Part shown: in pieces, positions 27,331 to 32,000 of the stretch
How positions within the stretch are numbered: position 1 is the stretch's first letter
Layout of the letters: every line of letters starts with the position of its first letter
Assembly: GCF_900187275.1 (NCBI RefSeq)
Contig: NZ_LT906458.1
Span: forward strand, 420,001-452,000
Reading direction: 5' to 3'
Source: Pasteurella multocida
GTDB taxonomy: Bacteria > Pseudomonadota > Gammaproteobacteria > Enterobacterales > Pasteurellaceae
DNA: 32,000 nucleotides
The notes under the pieces: model-generated
Told to the model about the DNA's origin: nothing
Seen by the model: the letters and a program-made list of their open reading frames with translations, nothing else
Databases searched by the model: none
Program-made: the position numbers and the translations under genes

Positions 27331-27339
27331 ACTTATAAT
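27311..27339 (+). promoter_or_regulatory. Possible yfeX promoter
   Basis: TTGGTG (27311-27316), a 17-nt spacer, then a perfect TATAAT (27334-27339) 36 nt before ATG 27376. The spacer coincides with the 3' arm of the preceding hairpin. Confidence 0.35.
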
Positions 27340-27375
27340 CTGTACTGCTTTTTGATTAATAAGAGAGAGAACAAA

Positions 27376-28266
27376 ATGACAGCGCAAAGTGGCGTATTAT
27401 TAGAGCATTGCAAAGCTGCAATTTATTTAGAAGCAAACATCACGGATCTGACGGTGATTCCTGAAGCAAGTCGTCAATTCTGTGACAAATTAGCACAATT
27501 ACAACAAACCTATCCTGATGCTAGACTAGGCGCGGTTGTTGCCTTTGGCGATAGGGTGTGGAAACAATTAGCAGGAGAGAACAGTGCAAAAGAGCTCAAA
27601 CCTTTTGTGACATTAGGTAAAGGTGATGCCTCCGCACCTGCCACCCAATGGGATCTGTTGATTCATATTCAATCTTTACGTCCTGATGTGAATTTTTCTG
27701 TCGCCTTAGCCGCGATGAACTGCTTTGGTAAAGCGATTCAGGTTGAGCAAGAAATTCATGGTTTTCGCTGGGTAGAAGAACGTGATTTTACTGGTTTTAT
27801 TGATGGTACAGAAAATCCACAAGCAACAAAACGCGCAGAGGTCGCACTCATTGCACAAGGTGACGATACGGATGGAAGTTATGTCTTTACACAACGCTAT
27901 GAGCATAATTTAACCAAATGGGAAAAGCTTACTACTGCGAAGCAGGAAATGGTAATTGGGCGGACTAAGCCGGACAGTATTGAGTTAGAAAATAAAGTGG
28001 ATACCTCACATGTAGGGCGAACTGATCTAAAAGAAAATGGTGTGGGATTAAAAATTTTACGTCATAGTTTACCTTATGGTAAAGCCAGTGAGAAACACGG
28101 TTTATTCTTTGTTGCTTACTGTGCAACCCTGTATAACATTGAGCAACAGTTACTCAATATGTTTGGTGAAAAAGACGGTAAAACCGATCGTTTACTAGGC
28201 TTTACTAAAGCAGTAACCGGGAGCTATTATTTTGCGCCGTCATTAGAGAAATTAAAAACTCTCTAA
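27376..28266 (+). CDS. yfeX: DyP-type peroxidase / porphyrinogen oxidase YfeX
   Basis: [21 protein letters not shown]..., [21 protein letters not shown] and [31 protein letters not shown] are colinear with E. coli YfeX. ATG 27376 is preferred over the track start. Confidence 0.9.
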   Translation: MTAQSGVLLEHCKAAIYLEANITDLTVIPEASRQFCDKLAQLQQTYPDARLGAVVAFGDRVWKQLAGENSAKELKPFVTLGKGDASAPATQWDLLIHIQSLRPDVNFSVALAAMNCFGKAIQVEQEIHGFRWVEERDFTGFIDGTENPQATKRAEVALIAQGDDTDGSYVFTQRYEHNLTKWEKLTTAKQEMVIGRTKPDSIELENKVDTSHVGRTDLKENGVGLKILRHSLPYGKASEKHGLFFVAYCATLYNIEQQLLNMFGEKDGKTDRLLGFTKAVTGSYYFAPSLEKLKTL

Positions 28267-28283
28267 TCTTCATATTCACTTAG

Positions 28284-28324
28284 AAAAGTGCAGTCAAAAA
28301 AGCAAAAAAATTGACCGCACTTTT
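28284..28324. terminator. Bidirectional terminator formed by an inverted pair of uptake signal sequences
   Basis: AAAAGTGCAGTCAA (28284-28297) pairs with TTGACCGCACTTTT (28311-28324) with one mismatch. It is flanked by A- and T-runs and lies between the convergent yfeX and mrcB. USS-pair terminators are typical of Haemophilus. Confidence 0.8.
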
Positions 28325-28340
28325 TATTTATGCTGTTTGC

Positions 28341-30668
28341 TCAGTTAGCAATAGCATCTTCTACTGGTGCCGGTTGGTTTGATGGAGCACCCGGCGATAA
28401 CACATCCCATACGCTTTCTTGTTTGCTGATTTCAGGTGCTTGGCAAAAAGACTGAGCATGATTTATCCAAACGGGAATTTGACGTGCGCTTGAACAATCC
28501 CAACTACCATAATCATTAATCCCCACCCATTGAATACTGTTAAGAGAAGGTAAGTGAAGTACAGTTGCCGGATGACGCTGTAAATAATTTTGATAAATTT
28601 GCAAGGCACCAGAAGCGCCAGTTAGTTTGGTTTCGCCATTATCATCACGCCCTAACCAAACCGTCACGATGTTTTCACCATCAATGCCCACAAACCAGGT
28701 ATCACGTGCATCATTGGTAGTGCCTGTTTTTCCAGCAAGATGTAAGTGACTAAATTGGTTTTGTAAACTGCGCGCAGTGCCTCGCGTTACGGTTTGTTGC
28801 ATGGCATACAGTGTTTGATAACTGGCTTCAGCCGGTACCACTTGCTCAGGTTCTAAGCGGCGTTGATATAAGAGATTTCCTTGTTGGTCTGTGATGCTGT
28901 CAATGGTCGCCAACGGGATTTTTTGTCCTTGATTGGCGATCACTTGATATAAATGCGTGACTTCGTAAGGGGAAATCGCATAAGCGCCCAATAAGGTGGC
29001 GGGTACCTTGGGGATTTGTACTTTATCCCAACCCATTTTCTTTTGTGTTTCAATCACTTTCTCTAATCCCACTTGCATCCCAATATTTACTGTTGGGATG
29101 TTTAAGGAACGAGCTAAGGCATCCATTAACATCACGGAACCGCTGTATTTGCGATCATAGTTACGCGGTTGCCACGGTGGGCTGCCTTTAATTTGAATGG
29201 TAATCGGTTGATTTTGAATCGCTGTATTAAGACGGAACTTGTCAGGTACTGAAAGTGCGGTCAAATAAATGGCGGGTTTTACTAAAGAGCCAATTTGGCG
29301 TTTGGCGCTTAAGGCACGATTAAAGCCCGCATATTGTGTTTGTAAACCACCAACAATGGCCCGCACTTCGCCTAAACGATAATCAGCAATTACCATCGCA
29401 GATTGTAAATGGGGGTTTTTGTGTTTCGCTTGTAAGGTAGATGTCGCACTGACTACTGCATTTTCTGCATGGGTTTGTTGTTTAGGATCTAAGGTTGAAA
29501 AAATCCGTGCTCCTAATAAATTTGTGGCTTTGTTTTCGCCTAATTGCTCACGTAATTCAGCTTGTAAAGTCTGAATGAAGGCAGGGTACTTGCGCGTAAT
29601 TTGACCACGTTCCTGTACGCCTAATGGGCGCTGGACTAACATTTGATACAGTTCATGACCAATTACTTGATGATCGAGGAGTAAACGCAGTACCACATTA
29701 CGGCGCTCTAATGCGGTGTTCGGATTCCGCCAAGGATTATAAAGAGAAGGACCTTTGACCATGCCAACTAATAAGGCGATTTGATCCAAACTAATTTCGT
29801 TGGTTGAGCGCCCAAAATAAAAGTGGCTAGCCAGTTCAAAACCATGAATTTGAGTATCGCCATTTTGCCCTAAATAAATTTCATTTAAATAGGTTTCTAA
29901 AATACGATTTTTATCGTAACGCCAATCTAAAATCACTGCCATCAAGGCTTCATTGACTTTACGGCTTAGGGTTCGTTTGTTGCTTAAAAACAGATTTTTG
30001 ACTAATTGTTGCGTTAAGGTACTGCCACCTTGTACAGTATGACCTGCTTGAATATTGGTGATCATCGCACGTGCAATGCCGAGTAAACTGATCCCTTCAT
30101 GTTGGTAAAAGCGACGATCTTCGGTAAGTAATAATGCATCGATTAATAAACGTGGATAGTTATGGAGTGGGATCGCTAAACGCTCTTCTTTCTCTGACTG
30201 TAGCATAGCGATTAATTTTGGCGCTAAACGAAACTCAGGAATGGTACGTTGGTTGATTAAATCTTCAATTACTGCCAATTGATTGTGTTTAAAACGTAGG
30301 CGAAAGACACGTTGTGCTTCTGGTTGTACAGGAAAGGGAAACGCGCGTCGTAGCAAAACGAGGGTATCACCTTCCACTTTAAAATCGCCAGGGGCTGCTA
30401 CTAGGGTGGTTTGACGATAATCATTGTCTAATAAACGTTGTTTGACTTGTTCAAAGCTCAGTTGTTCTTCAAGACTGATACGTTCAATACGGCTATAGAC
30501 TTCTGCGGGGAGTCGCCAGATCTGCCCATCCATTTTAGAGCGTATTTGCCAATCTAAATACAATCCATAAAACGCCAACATACAGATTAATGTAAAACTC
30601 ACTTTGGCAAATAAGAGGAGCCAAGAAGATTTTTTTCGGCTTACATTGGTTTTGTTGGATTTTGGCAT
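28341..30668 (-). CDS. mrcB: Penicillin-binding protein 1B (bifunctional glycosyltransferase/transpeptidase)
   Basis: N-terminal TM anchor and a UB2H-like segment. GT51 motifs EDRRFYQHEG, GGSTLTQQLVKN and RKVNE. Transpeptidase motifs S-L-V-K and KTGTT. The length is 775 aa. Confidence 0.92.
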   Translation of the reverse strand: MPKSNKTNVSRKKSSWLLLFAKVSFTLICMLAFYGLYLDWQIRSKMDGQIWRLPAEVYSRIERISLEEQLSFEQVKQRLLDNDYRQTTLVAAPGDFKVEGDTLVLLRRAFPFPVQPEAQRVFRLRFKHNQLAVIEDLINQRTIPEFRLAPKLIAMLQSEKEERLAIPLHNYPRLLIDALLLTEDRRFYQHEGISLLGIARAMITNIQAGHTVQGGSTLTQQLVKNLFLSNKRTLSRKVNEALMAVILDWRYDKNRILETYLNEIYLGQNGDTQIHGFELASHFYFGRSTNEISLDQIALLVGMVKGPSLYNPWRNPNTALERRNVVLRLLLDHQVIGHELYQMLVQRPLGVQERGQITRKYPAFIQTLQAELREQLGENKATNLLGARIFSTLDPKQQTHAENAVVSATSTLQAKHKNPHLQSAMVIADYRLGEVRAIVGGLQTQYAGFNRALSAKRQIGSLVKPAIYLTALSVPDKFRLNTAIQNQPITIQIKGSPPWQPRNYDRKYSGSVMLMDALARSLNIPTVNIGMQVGLEKVIETQKKMGWDKVQIPKVPATLLGAYAISPYEVTHLYQVIANQGQKIPLATIDSITDQQGNLLYQRRLEPEQVVPAEASYQTLYAMQQTVTRGTARSLQNQFSHLHLAGKTGTTNDARDTWFVGIDGENIVTVWLGRDDNGETKLTGASGALQIYQNYLQRHPATVLHLPSLNSIQWVGINDYGSWDCSSARQIPVWINHAQSFCQAPEISKQESVWDVLSPGAPSNQPAPVEDAIAN

Positions 30669-30696
30669 ATGACCTACTCAAACTCGCGTAATTTCA

Positions 30697-31053
30697 TTAG
30701 GATTGGATGAAAGCTAGTGCAGATTGTAAGAAATGGATAAAGTCATCTGTGCCACAAAAGGCAATACTTTCTTCATCGTAATAGTGGAAATCATCTTCAA
30801 GCGGTTGGTCATGTTCAAGCATTAGATTATTAGCGCGAACCATGACTTCTTCTTGATTGATAAATACACTGTATTCTGTCCCAATGAGTGTGATGTCTTG
30901 TTGTGCTTTGCCTGTTTGGAGTTGCTGAAGTACTGTTTGAATTTTGGCAGAATCTGACCGCACTTCGCTATTAAACCAGTTTGCAATGGCTTCATGTCCC
31001 ATAGAACATTTCGCCATTATCGAACCTAAATGAGATGTGAATTGGAAATCCAT
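30697..31053 (-). CDS. yacL: UPF0231 family protein YacL
   Basis: MDFQFTSHLGSIMAKCSMGHEAIANWFN...EEVMVRANNL...YYDEESIAFCG matches E. coli YacL (MDYEFLRD...MSMGHEVVGHWFN...EEVMVRANQL...YYDEESLSLCG). ATG 31053 lies 1 nt after the erpA stop codon. Confidence 0.85.
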   Translation of the reverse strand: MDFQFTSHLGSIMAKCSMGHEAIANWFNSEVRSDSAKIQTVLQQLQTGKAQQDITLIGTEYSVFINQEEVMVRANNLMLEHDQPLEDDFHYYDEESIAFCGTDDFIHFLQSALAFIQS

Positions 31054-31054
31054 A

Positions 31055-31396
31055 TCAAATACTGAAAGATGAACCACAACCACAGGTAGTTGAGGCGTTT
31101 GGATTATTCACAACGAAACGAGAACCTTCTAAGCCCTCAGTATAGTCCACGGTTCCCCCAATTAAATATTGTAAACTCATGGGATCGATCACTAAGTGCA
31201 CGCCAGATTTCTCAATAGTTAAATCACCGTCGTTTACTTTTTCATCGAAAGTAAAACCATATTGGAAACCACTACACCCACCGCCGGTAATATAGACGCG
31301 TAATTTCAAATTCGGGTTTTCCTCTTCACTGATTAAGGCTTTTACTTTGTTGGCAGCCGCATCAGTAAAGATCAGTGGCACGGAAATCTCTGTCAT
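31055..31396 (-). CDS. erpA: Iron-sulfur cluster insertion protein ErpA (A-type carrier)
   Basis: [35 protein letters not shown] and the C-terminal [10 protein letters not shown] are nearly identical to E. coli ErpA. Confidence 0.95.
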   Translation of the reverse strand: MTEISVPLIFTDAAANKVKALISEEENPNLKLRVYITGGGCSGFQYGFTFDEKVNDGDLTIEKSGVHLVIDPMSLQYLIGGTVDYTEGLEGSRFVVNNPNASTTCGCGSSFSI

Positions 31397-31431
31397 AATT
31401 TATCTCGCTATAATTTCAACTGAATTGACGT

Positions 31432-31464
31432 ATTATCTAATAACCGACTAATTCGTTCAAGAAT
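31432..31464 (-). promoter_or_regulatory. erpA sigma70 promoter with an overlapping IscR type-1-like site
   Basis: The minus strand reads TTGAAC (complement of 31455-31460), a 17-nt spacer, then GATAAT (complement of 31432-31437). The 25-mer ATTCTTGAACGAATTAGTCGGTTAT (complement of 31440-31464) matches about 21 of 25 positions of the IscR type 1 motif ATASYYGACTRWWWYAGTCRRSTAT as I recall it. Confidence 0.45.
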
Positions 31465-31534
31465 TTATCAAGGATTTTTATGTTGGATAATGTTATAATT
31501 CGCGAACGAATGCATTTTCTGGAGAAATTTTTTT

Positions 31535-32000
31535 ATGGCAATTCCATTAAGAACGGAAGACGAAATTGTGAAGTTACGTGAGGCATGTAAGTTAGCCTCA
31601 GATGTCTTAGTGATGATTGAACCTTATGTTAAAGCGGGCGTGAGTACAGGTGAGTTGGATCGTATTTGCCATGAGTATATGGTGAACGAACAAAAAACTA
31701 TTTCAGCTTGTTTAGGTTATCATGGCTTTCCAAAAGCGACCTGTATTTCTGTTAATGAAGTCGTTTGTCACGGCATTCCCAGTGACGACAAAATATTAAA
31801 GCATGGCGATATTGTTAATATTGATGTGACGGTGATTAAAGACGGTTATTTTGGCGATAATTCGAAGATGTATATTGTAGGTGAAACCAATGTGCGTAGC
31901 CAAAAATTATGCGAAGCAGCACAAGAAGCTCTCTATGTCGGATTACGTACAGTAAAACCGGGGATCCGTTTAAATGAGATTGGTCGAGCAATACAAACAT
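31535..32000 (+). CDS. map: Methionine aminopeptidase type I (N-terminal part; continues beyond the window)
   Basis: My translation from ATG 31535 reads MAIPLRTEDEIVKLREACKLASDVLVMIEPYVKAGVSTGELDRICHEYMV...GYHGFPKATCISVNEVVCHGIP...DIVNIDVTVIKDGYFGD. This includes the MetAP metal-ligand region. The frame is open to the window end. Confidence 0.9.
   Translation, partial: MAIPLRTEDEIVKLREACKLASDVLVMIEPYVKAGVSTGELDRICHEYMVNEQKTISACLGYHGFPKATCISVNEVVCHGIPSDDKILKHGDIVNIDVTVIKDGYFGDNSKMYIVGETNVRSQKLCEAAQEALYVGLRTVKPGIRLNEIGRAIQT

Noticed and set aside
1-32000. CRISPR arrays, IS elements or transposases, toxin-antitoxin pairs, restriction-modification or other defence systems
   Set aside because: I looked for regularly spaced direct repeats, terminal inverted repeats and small paired ORFs on both strands and found none. 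The only tandem repeats are the in-frame 33-bp coding units at 16318-16515.

Overview
The window is a chromosomal segment of a Pasteurellaceae genome. I counted 14 perfect copies of the Haemophilus-type uptake signal sequence AAGTGCGGT/ACCGCACTT by eye, where about 0.25 would be expected by chance. Most of it is conserved housekeeping sequence. In order it carries a truncated yrbG-like antiporter, tRNA-Asn, uvrB with a tightly following helical-repeat ORF of unknown function, the phosphate regulon block pstSCAB-phoBR (textbook Pho box, no phoU), the conserved rlmE-ftsH-folP-glmM block, sixA, pepE, yfeX, mrcB (PBP1B), yacL, erpA and the start of map. I found no CRISPR array, transposase, integrase or recognisable defence system. 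The one accessory-looking unit is an eight-gene minus-strand cluster (about 18316-26365) behind a Fur-box-like promoter. It encodes an FTR1/FetM-type iron permease with a triplicated periplasmic domain, a P19/FetP periplasmic metal-binding protein, a polytopic membrane protein with a Cys-rich domain and a Cys-less YHS-like tail, two FtsX/MacB-type permeases with a LolD-like ATPase, a CXXC thioredoxin-fold lipoprotein and a small mono-haem cytochrome c. The core of this cluster resembles the Campylobacter cj1658-1665 and Yersinia fetMP-flp loci as I remember them. The biochemical role of the accessory genes is unresolved, and the cytochrome c member looks like a variant. Other points worth a second look are a minC that keeps its ycgL neighbour but has no minD/minE and a degenerate RSGQ (MinD-contact) motif, and a phage T4 endonuclease V (DenV) homologue with all catalytic residues. 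There is also a lipoprotein built from about 18 LEA-like 11-residue repeats preceded by a perfect 19-bp palindrome, and an inverted pair of DnaA boxes upstream of uvrB. All calls rest on reading the sequence and on remembered family motifs; no database search was possible.
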